Of a stretch of DNA of 64,000 nucleotides, positions 27,970 through 42,305 are shown one piece after another; position 1 is the stretch's first letter; the number at the start of each line of letters is the position of its first letter. The position numbers and the translations under genes were made by a program. Source of the DNA: the human T2T-CHM13v2.0 reference genome, Homo sapiens; NCBI RefSeq assembly GCF_009914755.1, contig NC_060925.1; one strand, given 5' to 3'. The notes under the pieces were generated by a model, which saw nothing but the letters and a program-made list of their open reading frames with translations, searched no databases and was not told the origin of the DNA.

Positions 27970-28714
27970 CTAAGATTTCTGGGAATTCATCCAAGGCTGA
28001 TTGTATGAACTAAAAGGTGGCCCCATCCAATCAACAAACAAATGTTCTGGCCATCTTTCAGATTCCAGGGAAGCTGGGATCAGCCCATGGTAGGATATGC
28101 CTGCACTGCCTGCCTTCCTAGATATTTTTTCATTGTGGGGGGTGTTGGGTAACAGGTTGAATTTACATAGTTTTATCTAGAATCTCATAAGCAGGAAGTC
28201 TACCTCTGCTTAAAATATTCTCCAAACCAAGGATTGGAAACTGGAAGCCTTGGCTATTTTCTCCAAGGTTATTGAGGCCCTCATCCAACACCAGGTATGT
28301 GGGTGACACCATTTTATCTTTCTATTTTCTGTCTCCTAAACTTGATTTAAGATCTATTTTATGTTTAGTGGAAAAGTACAAAGATTCTGGCAGGATGCAC
28401 TTAAACATAATGTAGCTAATGTCTACTACTTAATTGTAGCTGTTAATACAAAATTTGATTATGATATCTCAGCTGGTATGATTAGCATTTAATCATTTTT
28501 TATCATGTTGATACTGCATTGACTGCCTTCCTGCTTTGCAGATGTCAGCAGTTTCCTTTATTCCTTTAGAATTTTATGTGTTAAAAACTTTGGCTTTAGA
28601 TTTTCAAGGTTTTGAGGCCATGAGTGCTTAGAGAAAACTATTTACATTTCTACAGACCACAGATGATTTCTAGGTTTTCTTTTTTGGTCCTTGAGCTGTT
28701 TTGTGCAGGTCAAG

Positions 28715-28925
28715 GGTAAGGGCTTTGGGACTGTTTGAACCTTCAGGACAAGTCCATTAGCTGCATAACCTTGGACAAATCATTAACCTCACTATGCCTC
28801 AGCCTCTTCATCTGTCAACTGGGGATAATAATACCCGACCACTATCTCCTGGGGGTGGTTATGAGCATCACATGAGAGGTGTGTGAAAGTGTCTAGAAAA
28901 CCCATAAGCTGTTAAATGAGTTACA
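28715..28925 (+). mobile_element. MIR
   Basis: accttggacaaatcattaacctcactatgcctcagcctcttcatctgtcaactggggataataatac. Confidence 0.8.
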
Positions 28926-30836
28926 CTTGCATCATGATGATTTTCGTCATCTTCATCATCACCATCTAAGATAACCCAATGTGGAACCTCAGATGAATCA
29001 ATGATGATTATTTGTTAGACTTGCCCTTGTTTAACAAAATTCCACTTCATGAGCTTTCTTTGAGTGGTGGGCATCCTCAGGACTTTTAAATCTGGACTTC
29101 GTTCACATAAAATTTTGAGGAATACAGTTGTTACATAAAGGAAGGTACTCCTATAAAGGAAACAAAAGGATTCTTTTTTATCTGTGGGTGAAAAGCCTCT
29201 GTCATATGAATGACTTAATTTCATCCTTTTGGGAAAGGTTTGAAGGGGGATATTAAGCCACTTTAACGGAAGAGAAAATTTAGGTACAATGAAGCTAAAT
29301 AAAAGATTTGAGGTATCCTAACGAGTTTGAGGTGGAGCACAATGATTTGTACCATGGATACCCAAATAAAATGCAATGGTCTTTGAACAGGAAGGAAGGG
29401 GCCAAGTTTAAAAATCCCTATTGAAGGGAAATCAGACTGGCAGGAGAAGGACAGGAACTTAAAGCCCCTTTAAAGAGGTGATGAGAGGGAGCAGTGATGA
29501 TGGGGTACTTAAAGGAAGCCTTTGTTGAGGTCTGGACTCCCCACAAAAATCCTGCTTTGTTATGACATTTTCTTTTTTCTGGTAACCAGATTATCTTTAA
29601 ATTAATTGAAACGTACAGACCTTAATACAGTGCTAGCTGAAGCAAATAAATTATTTTGTTTGAATTCTAAGCATTATTTTAAAAGGGTTGGTGGATCACT
29701 TATGGGTGGGCAGCTTAACTCCTGAATTTGTAGACATCTCTAAATGGCAAGATCAAACTCAATTCATGCAATAAATAGAGAGGGTCTGTTGTTTGGGCAG
29801 CCTGAGGCACAGGTCATACAGTGATGCTGTCCATGTGGCTACTGTTACACTTCCTGAAGCCACTGATGGAGACCTGTTTTCTCCCTTCTCAACTCTGGAT
29901 CAAGTTTGGTTTCTTGGGGCTGCTTAACCTATTAAAACCTGGGCCACTGCTGGGCTTGCCATGACTTTTTGCAAATTAAAAAAAGCAGACCATTTGGGGT
30001 CTACCCAGCTCAAGGTACATGAAGTGGTAAGCATAAGGTACCTTTGAGTAATGAAAGAGACACTTCTTCAACTGAGTAGTTGCAAAACTGCCAAGGCTAG
30101 TAGATTTCGCTAGTAGATTTCATCTCTCACGCACCCCTTCAGCCAGAGCCCCTTGTGCTTTTTACAAACTACAGTTTGCATATGTCAGTCCTAGATGGAA
30201 TAACTACACCTACTTCTCCTGAACTCCTCTACTTGGAATAAGTGGAACCCTTGTACTTCCCTCTTTGGATTAAGCGTACTCCACTTTATTCCCTTTTTAA
30301 GGAGAATGGGAGGCGCTGTTTACATTTCCTTTGATTTTACTCATACCTTGAGTGTGTGTATCCTCTGTTTAAAGGCCCTACATTTAGACAAAAAAAGAGA
30401 TATTGCTTCAAGTTCCTTTTCTTATCAGACTAACTCAGAGGAGGACGTGGCACCTGCCGTGTTTTGGGAAACCAAACTGATGGATATGCAGAATACATTC
30501 CCTGGTTTATGTGGAGCCTGGAACTGGTAAGATGTATCCCAGTGCGGAACTGAAAAATGACTCCCCCTATTGGTGGGGAAAGGCGTGAGTGATGCATTCT
30601 TCGTCAAGACTCAGATTCCTAGTGTTTATGGAAAAACACTTATCATAAACTTAGCGTTTATGATACCATACTGGGGCATGATAATAGCCACTAGACATAG
30701 CTACCCTTTACTTTGTGTCATACATTGTGCTATGCACCTATACACATTATGACAACCGATGAAGAAACTTTGCCCAAGATCATGTAGCCAGTATTTGGCA
30801 AAGCCAATAGACTGTAACCATCAAAAATTAAAATCT

Positions 30837-31165
<329 letters not shown>

Positions 31166-31264
31166 CTAGAATTAATTGTGCGTGGTTATATTGTAGATGC
31201 TTAATAGATATTCACTGAGTGGAGGAAGCTGGGCTTATAATGCAGGTCTATCTGACAGATTGAC

Positions 31265-31480
31265 AGCTAATGCATTATTATATAGTCTTTACATTGTGCC
31301 TGGCTGACAGTTTTACATATATTAACTAATTTGCACTACAAACCTATGAGTTAGATACTATTATCACCAATGTGCAGATGAAAAACCTGAAGCATAGAGA
31401 AGCACCTTTCCCAGGGTCCGGAAGTGGTGGAACTGGGATTTGAACTAAGGTAGTCTGTCTTTAAAGACTGTTTTTAACTA
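31265..31480 (-). mobile_element. MIR
   Basis: aacctatgag...gcagatgaaaaacctgaagcatagaga...ctgggatttgaac. Confidence 0.75.
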
Positions 31481-33091
31481 ATAGCTCAATCATCTGCGTA
31501 TACATTTCCTTTATATTCTCAAACTTTGGTGTATATAAGAACTGTTGTACCAGGTTGTATACATAAAAAATGTACACTGTATTTTATGGGGGAGTTAATG
31601 AATTTTCAAGGGTAAATTTAGCCTTATGAGTTAATATTAGAATTAACTTCCTCATAACATGAAACTACATTGTGTCATTTAATTCTCACAACATTGTAAG
31701 TTGGATATTTTTATCACTTAGGACTCTTTTTAAAATTTGTTTTTTATTTCAATAGGTTTTTGGGGAACTGGTGATGTTTGGTTACATGAATAAGTTCTTT
31801 GGTGGTGATTTCTGAGGTTTCAGTGCACCCACCATCACCCAAGCAGTGTACACTGTACCCAATGTGTAGTTTTTTTATCCCTCACCCACCTCCTAGCCTT
31901 TTCCCTAAGTCCCCAAAGTCCATTGTATCATTCTTATGCTTTTGCATCCTCATAGCCTAGCTCCCAATTATGAGTGAGAACATATGATGCTTGGTTTTCC
32001 ATTCCTGAGTTACTTCACTTAGAATAATAGTCTCGAATTCCATCCAGGTTGCTGCGAATGCCATTATTTCGTTCCTTTTTAGGGCTGAGTAGTATTCCAT
32101 TGTATATATATACCACATTTTCTTTATCCACCCATTGATTGATGGACATTTGGGCTGGTTCCATATTTTTGCAATTGCAAATTGTGCTGCTATAAACATG
32201 CGTGTGGAAGTCTCTTTTTCGTATAATGACTATTTTTCTTCTGGGTAGATACCTAGTAGTGGGATTGCTGCATCTGCTTTTAGTTATTTAAGGAATCTCC
32301 ACATTGTTTTCCACAGTGGTTGTACTAGTTTACATTCCCACCAACAGTGTAAAAATGTTCCCTTTTCAGCACATCCATGCCAATATCTATTATTTTTTGA
32401 TTTTTTGATTATGGCCATCCTTGCAGGAGTAAGGTGGTATCACATTGTGGCTTTGATTTGCATTTCCCTGATAATTAATGATGTTGAGCATTTTTCCAAA
32501 TTGCTTATTGGCTATTTGTATATCTTCTTTCGAGAATTGTCTATTGATGTCCTTAGCCCACTTTTTGATGAGATTGTTCTTTTCATTCCGATTTGTTTGA
32601 GTTCTTTGTAGATTCTGGATATTAGCCCTTTGTCGGATGTATAGATTGTGATGATTTTCTCCCACTCTGTGGGTTGTCTGTTTAATTTGCTGATTCCTTC
32701 TTTTTGCTGTGAATAGTTTTTTAGTTTAAGTCCCATCTATTTATCTTTTTTTTTTGTTGAATTTGCTTTCGGGTTTTTGGTCATGAAGTCTTTGCCTAAG
32801 CCAATGTCTAGAAGGACTTTTCTGATGTCATCTTCTACAATTTTTATGGCTTCAGTTCTTAGATTTAAGCTTTTTATCCATGTTGAATTGATTTTTATAT
32901 AAGGTGAGATATGAGGATCCAGTTTCACTCTTCTACCTGTGGCTCGCCAATTATCCCAGCACCATTTGTTGAATAGGGTGTCCTTTCCCCACTTTATGTT
33001 TTTGCTTGCTTTCTTAAAGATCAGTTGGTTGTAAGTATTTGGATTTGTTTCTGAGTTCTCTATTCTGTTCCATTGGTCTACGTGCCTATTT

Positions 33092-33397
33092 CTTTCTTTC
33101 TTTTTTTTTTTTTTTGAGACAGAGTCTTGCTCTGTTGCCAGGCTGGAGTGCGGTGGCATGGTCTCTGCTCACTGCAACCTCTGCCTCCCCAGTTCAAGCT
33201 ATTCTCCCTGCCTCAGCTTCCCAAGTAGCTGGGATTACAGGTGTCTGCCACCACACCCACTAATTTTTTGTATTTTTAGTAGAGATGGGGTTTTGCCATG
33301 TTGGCCAGGCTGGTCTTGAACTCCTGACTTCAGGTGATCCATCCGCCTCAGCCTCCCAAAGTGCTGGGATTACAGGTGTAAGCCAGTGCGCCTGGTC
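33092..33397 (-). mobile_element. AluS inserted in L1PB ORF2
   Basis: Full reverse Alu; TSD tacgtgcctattt / tgtgtgcctattt. Confidence 0.95.
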
Positions 33398-34072
33398 TGT
33401 GTGCCTATTTTTATACTAGTACCATGCTGTTTTAGTGACTATGGCCTTATAGTATAGTTCAAAGTCAGGTAATGTGATGCCACCTGAATTGTTCTTTTCA
33501 TTTAGTCTTGCTTTGGCTATGAGTCTCTTTTTTGGTTCCTTATGAATTTTAGGATTGTTTTTTCTAGTTCTGTGAAGAATGATGATGGTATTTTGATGGG
33601 AATTGCATTAAATTTGTAAATTGACTTTGGCAGTATGGTCATTTTCACAATATTGATTCTACCCATTCATGAGCATGGGATGTGTTTCCATTTGTTTGTG
33701 TCATCTATGATTTCTTTGAGCAGTGTTTTGTAGTTTTTCTTGTAAAGGTCTTTCACCTCCTTGGTGAGGTGTATTCCTAATTACTTCATTTTTTTGAAGC
33801 TATTATAAAAGGAGTTAAGTTCTTGATTTGATTCTCGGCTTGGTTGCTTTTGGTGTATAGCAGAGCTACTGATTTTTGTACATTAATTTTGTATCCTAAA
33901 ATTTTGCTGAATTCATTTACCAGTTCTAGGAGCTTTTTGGATGAGTCTTTAGGGTTTCCTAGGTATAAGATCATATCATCAACAAACAGTGACAGTTTGA
34001 CTTCCTCTTTACTAGCTTGGATGCCCTTCATTTCTTTCTCTTGTCTGATTGCGCTGGTTAGGACTTCCAATA

Positions 34073-34925
34073 TGTAGTAGCCCATTCTTATGCTGCTAAT
34101 AGACACAACTGAGACTGGGTAATTTTTAATGGAAAGAAGTTTAGTTGACTCACAGCTCAGCATGGCTGGGGAGGCCTCGGGAAACTTACAATCATGGCAA
34201 TAGAGGAAGCAAACATGTCCTTCTTCACATGGCAGCAGCAAGGATAAGTGCTGAGCAAAAGTGGGAGAAGCCCCTTATGAAACCATCAGATCTTGTGAGA
34301 ACTCACTCACTATCACAAGAACAGCAGCATGGGGTTGACAGCCCCCATGATTCATTTACCTCCCACTGGGTTCCTCCCATGACACATAGGGATTATGGGA
34401 ACTACAATATAATATGAGATTTGGTTGGGGACACAGCCAACACATATCATTCTGCCCTGGCCCCTCTCAAATCTCATGTCCTCACATTTCAAAACATAAT
34501 CATGCATTCCCAACAGTCCTGCAAATTCTTCACATTCTGGCATTAACTCAAAAGTCCAAGTCCAAAGTCTCATCTGAGACAAGGCAAGTCCCTTCCACCT
34601 ATGAGCATGTAAAATCAAAAGCAAGTTAGTCACTTCCTAGATACAATGGGGTGTACAGGCATTGGGTAAATACAGCTGTTCCAAATGGGAGAAATTGGCC
34701 AGAACAAAGGGGCCGCAGGCCCCATGCAAGTCCGAAATCCAGTAGGGCAGTCATTAAAACTTAAAGTTCCAAAATGATCTCCTTTGACTCCATGTCTCAC
34801 ATCCAAGTCACGCTGATGCAAGAGGGGGGCTCCCACAGCCTTGGGCAGCTTTGCCCCTGTGGCTTTGCAGGATATAGCCCCCTTCCCGGCTGCTTTTATG
34901 GGATGGCATTGAATGTCTGTGGCTT
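34073..34925 (-). mobile_element. THE1 (C/D-like) remnant: one LTR (34073-34449) plus about 475 bp of internal region
   Basis: Collinear with the complete THE1 at 19999-20832, then an abrupt switch to L1 ORF1. Confidence 0.92.
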
Positions 34926-36824
34926 GTAGGTTTTCTGCTGAGAAATCTGCTGTTAATCTGATAGGTTTTTCTTTATAAGTTATCTGATGCCTTTGCCTCA
35001 CAGCTGTTAAGATTCTTTCCTTCATCTTGACTTTAGATAATCTGATGACTATGTGCATAGGCAATGATCTTTTCGCAATGAATTTACCAGGTGTTCTTTG
35101 GGTTTCTTGTATTTAGATGTCTAGATCTCTAGCAAGGCCAGGGAAGTTTTCCTTGATTATTCCCTCAAACATATTTTCCAGACTTTTAGATTTCTCTTAT
35201 TCCTCAGCAACACCAATTATTCTTAGGTTTGGATGCTTAACATAGTCCCAAACTTCTTGGAGGGTTTGCTCATTTTTAAAAATTCTTTTTTCTTTGTCTT
35301 TGATAGATTGGGTTAGTTTGAAAGCCTTGTCTTTGAGCTCTGAAGTTCTTTCTTCTGCTTATCTGATTATATTGCTGAGACTTTCCAGTGCATTTTGCGT
35401 CTTTCTAAGTGCATCCTTGATTTCCAGAAGTTGTGATTGGTTTTATTTATGCTAGCTATTTCACTGAAGATTTTTCCTTTCATATCCTGTATCATGTTTT
35501 CAATTTCTTTAATTTGGAGTTCACCTTTCTCTGGTACCTCCTTCATTAGCTTAATAACTGACCTTCTGAATTCTTTTTCTGGCAATTCAGATATTTCATC
35601 TTGGTTTGGATCCATTGTTGGTGAGCTGGTGTGATCTTTTGGGGGTGTTAAAGAACCTTGTTTTTTCCTATTACCAGAATTGTTTTTCTGGTTCCTTCTC
35701 ATTTGGGTAGACTATGTCAGAGGGAAGATCTGGGACTCAGGGCTGCTGTTCAGAATATTTTGTCCCACGAGGTGCTCTCTTGATGTGGTGTTCTCTCCCT
35801 TGGGATGGGCTTCATGAGAGCCAAACTGCAGTGATTGTTTTGCTTTTCTGGGTCTAGTCATCTAGAGGTGCTACCAGGCTCCAGGCTGGTACTGGGGAGT
35901 GTCTGCAAAGAGTCCTGTGATGTGATTCATCTTCAGGTCTTTCATCTGTGGATACCAGCACCTGCTCTGGTGGAGGTAGCAGGGGAGTGAAGTGGACTCT
36001 GTGAGGGTCCTTGTTTGTATTTTTGTTTAGTGCACCAGTTTTGTGTTGGTTGGCCTCCAGCCAATAGGTGGCACTTTCAAGAGCACATCAGCTCTGTTTT
36101 TATAGGGAGGATCAGGTGGTAGGTGGGGCTATAGAGCTCCCAAGAGATTGTCCTTTGTCTTTCACAACCAGGAAGAGTAGAGAAAGATCATCAGGTGGGG
36201 GCAGGGTCAGCCGTGTCTGAACTCAGACTCTCCTTGGGTGGGGCTTGCTGTGACTGCTGTGAGAGATGGGGGTGTAGTTCCCAGGCCAATGGAGTTATGT
36301 TCTCGGGGGATTATGGCTGACTATGCCGCATCACGCAGGTCACCAGGGAAGTAGGGGAAAGCTGGCAGTCACAAGCCTCACCCTGCTTCCATGCAGCCCG
36401 CAGTCCTAAAGGCTGGTCTCACTCCCACTGTGCCCCCCAACAGCACTGAGTCTATTTCCAGGCATCTGGAGAGGAGGGCTGAGAACTTGCTCCAGACCAC
36501 CAGCCTCATCATTGAGCAAGCAAGCAGTCTCATAGTTTTTCAGAGTCTCGGGGAGCCTGCAGTGATTATTCAGTTCCTTCAAAGGGTCTGTGGATTCTTT
36601 CAACTTTCCTGGTATATTGCTGTGCTAGTTCTTGGAGCAAAAGTTCACTATGTGAGTCTCCACATGCTGCTCTGTCTGTCCAAGTGGGAGCTGCAAGTTA
36701 GTCTTGCCTCCTATTCTCCATCTTCATCCAGGGAGTCTCACTTAGAACTCTTAATTGAAAGTTATAGGAACACATTGGTACTAGTTTAAGCAAATGAAGT
36801 TACTTTTTTCTCCATGAAAATGTA

Positions 36825-36974
36825 AAAATCAGATTTACTGAGATATAATTTACTTACAGTAACGTTCATCATTTGTAGTGTACAGGTCTGTGTTTTGATA
36901 AACCCATACAGTTTTGTAGGCTCCACCACAATCAAGATATAGAACATTTCTGACACCTCAAAAGTTCCCTTATG
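36825..36974 (-). mobile_element. Old L1M 3' end fragment
   Basis: tttactgagatataatttac...caccacaatcaagatatagaacatttc. Confidence 0.75.
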
Positions 36975-37560
<586 letters not shown>

Positions 37561-37606
37561 GATAAGGTGTGGTGGAGAGAAAGGTCTTCAAAAAGGAGGG
37601 AGGAGA

Positions 37607-37850
37607 CAGGGCCACATTATGACTTTTGTGGGCCCTTGTCACTTAACCTCTTGAGACCTTGAAGGGAGCTTCATAAAATATTAAAAACTATATTTTATGA
37701 TTGCTTTGATATAGTGATGAATATAATCCAGGCTAGATTAAATTACTCTTTTCTTCTGACTTTAAAAGAATTTTAATTTTTTTTGTCTCCTTTAGGTATT
37801 GTGGGCTGTAGGTACTGTGCCTTCTGTGCCTAATAGATAAGTCAGTGCTA
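37607..37850 (-). mobile_element. ORSL-like hAT-Tip100 non-autonomous DNA transposon
   Basis: cagggccacattatgacttttgtgggccc...gaatataatccaggct...actgtgccttctgtgcctaatagataagtc. Confidence 0.75.
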
Positions 37851-37883
37851 AGCAGAGAAGAAATAGGATAAGTATTTACTAAA

Positions 37884-37985
37884 CACTATCATTCCAATTT
37901 TTACAAACACAGAAACTGATGCTCAGTGAGGTGATCATGGAATACCTAGTAGGTCTTTTGATTCCAAGACCTGTGTTTCTTCAGT
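37884..37985 (-). mobile_element. MIR fragment
   Basis: ttttacaaacacagaaactgatgctcag. Confidence 0.55.
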
Positions 37986-38973
37986 GTGGCACATGAAAGA
38001 GATTTCAAGTTACGCTCTATCTAGCACAACCCCTTCAGGCTAATTGGCTGTGCTCTTCAGTGGTGTCAGGAGTAGATAGACTTTCTTGGTCTCAGCTCTC
38101 TCCATCCTGTCAGTTATTTTCGGATTCTAATTCCTCTCTTGACCCCCTCCTTTGGCCCCCCACCTCCTCACTGCTGGAAGAACTATGTCTTCTCTCCATG
38201 CTTGCCTGAAGTGCAGAGGCTGGAGAGCTAGTGTTCTGGATGAGATTGAGGCTGCACAATCAGACGTTCCTGACTGAGGCTGGGAAGGCAGGAGTGGAGC
38301 CCTGTGAGCCAGAGTCAAGTCTCTGCTGGCCCACGGCATGGGGAGCATTTAGCTTTCCTGCTGAAGCAGAGGTCCCAGTGCCCTGGCCCTGGCCCTTAGG
38401 GCTTTGACTGGCAGAGAGTAGGGCATCCACCTTGCTGGGTCAATTGTGGTAGAGGCAACATGGCTTTGGAGTCAGCTACTTAGCAGCCACTTCCTTGTTC
38501 TCCAGGTTTCTAGTTCCCCAGCTTCCTGGGGGTGGGCAGCAGAAGCTCCCTTGGAGCTCCTGGCCTGAGATAGGACTGACTTTGGGATTATTTTTTGAAG
38601 GTTAGTATGGAGTTTCTCAGTCCTCCAGTGAGTTTGTAAATCATTTCTGTCAGGAAAACCAATTATAATGAATTATGTTATCTCCAACTAGACTGTGCTT
38701 GAAATGTGATGGCCACACAGGGGTGGTGAATTAGATCAGCGACATAGGAAGGGCTTTCCAGGCAGGGTCATGGCATGTTCTGTGGCATTGATCAGTTTTG
38801 AAACTAAGTCAAGGACTGTGTTTGGTCAGGATCTAAGGCTGTGAGGAGCCCTCACAGTGCAGCCCATGGTGAGCAGTTCTTGTAAGAATCTCACCAAACA
38901 AACAAGTCAACTAACTGAGAACTTACCAGCTGAGCTTGGATGCACCCACATCTGTGCAGAGCCGATTCATATC

Positions 38974-39023
38974 TTCCCTCCCTCCCTCCCTCCCTCCTTT
39001 CTTTCCTTCCTTCCTTCCTTCTT
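38974..39023. repeat. (CCCT)n/(CCTT)n polypyrimidine repeat
   Basis: direct. Confidence 0.88.
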
Positions 39024-40227
39024 CAAAATCAATCCGAGTTTCTGTTCCATTTACAGATATGTGCCATTCTATAAAACTTTCAAATAAATAGATATTCTCA
39101 AAATGTTCACATAACATGGTCCCATCTTACCAGGAAGGGATCTGCATTTCTTTAAAGGTTAAATGTTGAAGCAGGCCAGTCCTTAGATAAAACAAACTGG
39201 GAATTACTAATGCCAAATTCACAGTACACCAATTTAACATTAAGTGGCCATCAACCTGATCTTGAACAAGAACTGACCTGCATAGAAGCCGAATTTTTCT
39301 GCTGGGTCGGAAGGGACAGTGTGTTCAGACCAGGCTTTAGCCAGGGATCTGTATGTAGAGACCATTCCCTACTGTTGTAATGGCCTGGTCAGGTAGAGGT
39401 AGCATGAATTATTCATGCAAAGAAGACAAATTAGAGTTAGAACCAGGTGCTCTGCTTTCCCTAGTGAGGACTCTGCCAATCATGATAAAGAAGGAACTCT
39501 CACTCAATCAAGCCACAGCCTACTGTTGTATGTGCTTAACCCAGTTTCCCTAACTGGGCTTGGAAATGGATTAGTGGATGATGAGCTTGTTTTAAAGGTG
39601 ATGTAGTCTTCAAGAGAGAGGGAGAGTTACTTCCACTAGTGGTTTTAAAATTGAAATGCAAAGTTCAAAATGAATTGCTTTAATAGCATTTGCCATGAAA
39701 TGCCTGTTAAATAATGTTACGCTCATTTTGGAGAAGTTGCTGTTGCTTTCAAGGTGTAAAAACTACTAATTCAGACGTATTTTCAGACCAGAGCATACCT
39801 TTCTGGGGACCCATCGTTTTAGGTCCCTAAAATGGAAGAACTGCAAAGGACTTAGTAATTTGGTTGGTCAGATTTGTCAAAGTTACTCCTAGGCCACTGT
39901 GCCTTGGGAATGTGAACAAACTAGTTATTATTAGAGACTTAAGACTAGGTGTGATAAAAGGAAACAATCTCATCATGCCTGCTTTTCAGCAACCCCAGGG
40001 CGTCCATCTCCAGGATGAGTGGTCCTGACTGAAAATTGTGAGGGGATATGGTGAAGGTTTAGAAGTCACATCCGTGCCACTAAACAGGTCTATGTGATGA
40101 TCTTCCTGCTCTGCATTCTTATCTGTTCTTCAAATTTTTCCTAAGCATAGGAAAAAATGAAACTAAGTAGCTGTCTTCTAATTATTAAGATCTTTAAAAA
40201 ATTTTCCATATCATGGATAAGTAATAA

Positions 40228-40520
40228 GTCAATCAATAAACATTTATTAAACACTTGATATGTACAAGGCACTGCTAGGAGCTCGGGTGAATTCCCCAAA
40301 TCATAATATTTTGGCTGTAGGAAAGATAATAATAAAGAAAAGTGATAATCCACCACCAAATAGACCATATCACTAAGAAATGGGTTCCTTCAGGAAGGAT
40401 AAAGCTTCATTGATCTCGAGAGCCTTCCCAGAGGAGGTGAAATTGGGGCTGGGCCTTGAAGAGGAAATAATATACCACAAAAAAAGATGACAGAGGCCAG
40501 TACAAGTGGGTAGAATGAAG
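40228..40520 (-). mobile_element. L2 3' fragment
   Basis: caatcaataaacatttattaaacac...caaggcactgctagg; ccttcccagaggaggtga. Confidence 0.7.
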
Positions 40521-40617
40521 TGTAATGTCTCAGTGCATTTTCTGGTCAAGAAAATGTGGCTCCTCTTCTATATTAGAAAATTCAGATCGTCTAATATTTT
40601 CAGAACTTGAATGGTCT

Positions 40618-40648
40618 CGTGTGTGTGTGTGTGTGTGTGTGTGCGTGT
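40618..40648. repeat. (TG)n microsatellite
   Basis: direct. Confidence 0.92.
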
Positions 40649-41019
40649 ATTCCTGTTTTCTGAAGATTCATTTCATATATAGGTAAATTCAAGGAAGATT
40701 ATAAATCAGCTTTAGAGACTTGAGAAACCAACAGAAAATAAAGTTTTTCTGAATCTCACACTGCACATGGAAAGCACAACTATTAGGTCAAAGACAGCTG
40801 TTTTAATGACCCATTCACTAGCATCCTTGATTCCTCTTCCTTTTCTTTTGCCACATGTATTCTTTTGTCAGCAAGCTTCAGTGAATCCCACCATCCTCTT
40901 CATCTGCTTCTGCTCATGGGCAACAAGATTAACAAGAGAAAATAAGCATGAGAGATTTGTACTTCCTAACCTCACCCGTGCCTAAGACAATTCTTTTACT
41001 TGACACCACGCAGCTTCCT

Positions 41020-41502
41020 CTTGCATTCTGCATCAGGATCTCAGGTACGAAATGAGTGGCACACCTCAATGTGAAGAGTGGAGACTTTAATGAAAGGACT
41101 GTTTGCCCAGGTGTGGGCAGGATTATGGGAAACCAACAAAGGCTGTTGAAGTGCCCCAGGGCTAGCAAAAGAGGGAAAGCCATTACTCCCTGAAGCCTGC
41201 AGGGGATGAGGAATCCATTAAGACCTGTAGCTGTAAAGGAAGTCCTCTGATGAGAGCTGCGGCCCTCTGAAGAGGAAGTCTGCCACTGGCTGCTCACAGC
41301 CAGGTAGAAAGGGACCTAGGGAAATAAATATCCCACATTCTCCTGTCTCCCACTGGTTGAAACCAGCCAAAAACCAGAGAGTTAGGAAACTGGTGGGTGC
41401 AATCCACAACGGACAAAGTCACTTGGGGCATAGAACAGGGGAACAGGGTGGAAAGTATGAAGAATGGATCTAGCGGGGCAAAAGCAGAATCCACTGTAAA
41501 CA
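41020..41502 (-). mobile_element. Ancient ERV solo LTR (LTR78/LTR33-like, family uncertain)
   Basis: ggcacacctcaa...tttaatgaaaggactgttt...gggaaaccaacaa...ccccagggctagc...gaatggatctagcggggcaaa. Confidence 0.6.
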
Positions 41503-41689
41503 TTCCTTCTAGAAGTTGTGCTGCGCATCTACCATTTTTCTCAAACTTCTACCTGTTCTTTATCTTTCTTTCTCTTTGAAAATAATTCTATTCCATTCTA
41601 TTGTCAATAAAAATAAGAGGCATTTCTCTTATTCTTCCTTCCCTACTTTCCACTTCTAGATTTTAATTGTTCTCGTATTTCTTCCTTCC

Positions 41690-42305
41690 CGTACATGCCA
41701 GGCATAGAAGTGTTCCTCCTTCCCAGATAGCATCTTCTAGCTATGCCCACAGCTTACCACACATCAGTCTGGAGGCTCCCTACATAAATTATCTTTATTC
41801 TTTCCTGTATCCTTAGTGTCTTCCAACTATTTGGATCCTTGCTTTGAAGTTTATAAACATACTTAAATTTATCTCAAAACAAAAACAACCTTTCTATTTG
41901 ATATCTCTACCTTTCCAGTTGCCGCCATATCTGATTTCTCCTTTTTGTTACTTATCTTCTGAAATAAAGTCTGTGCTTGTTGGCTGTGCTTTCTCGCTTG
42001 CTTTACCTATAGTCTGGATTCTGATCTTCCCCCAACTCAACTAAAAATGTTCTTGTTGAAGTCACCAGCGACCTCCCCGAGGCCACATCCAATTTTCTGT
42101 TTCCAATCATCAACCTACTCTGCCTCAGTAGCATTTAACTTGAAGAATGGCTAAGAATTAGCCAGGTAAAGGAGTGGTGGAGGGGAGGAGGCTGATGAAC
42201 AAGAGGCTAAGTGCCGCAGGTGTCTTATTTAGGGTTTGCATTTTCAGAACCTATTGCACAGTGGATGTGAAACAAATGTTTGTTGAGGGATAAAATGAAC
42301 AAATA
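41690..42305 (+). mobile_element. L2 fragments
   Basis: gttcttgttgaagtcaccagcgacctcc...ctcagtagcattt; aaatgtttgttga terminus. Confidence 0.55.

Larger units (their letters stand above)
31729..36737 (-). mobile_element. L1PB, originally full length, internally deleted and interrupted
   Basis: L1PB 3' end (tttcaataggtttttgggg), ORF2 peptides (31957-33159, 33786-34070), ORF1 peptides (35367-35702 MRRNQKNNSG; 34926-35064), L1PB-type 5'UTR; TSD tcacttaggactctt (31714-31728) / tcacttagaactctt (36738-36752). Confidence 0.92.

Noticed and set aside
34630-35064. 144-aa ORF as a novel fusion gene
   Set aside because: It is a by-product of the L1 ORF1/THE1 deletion junction, with no evidence of expression
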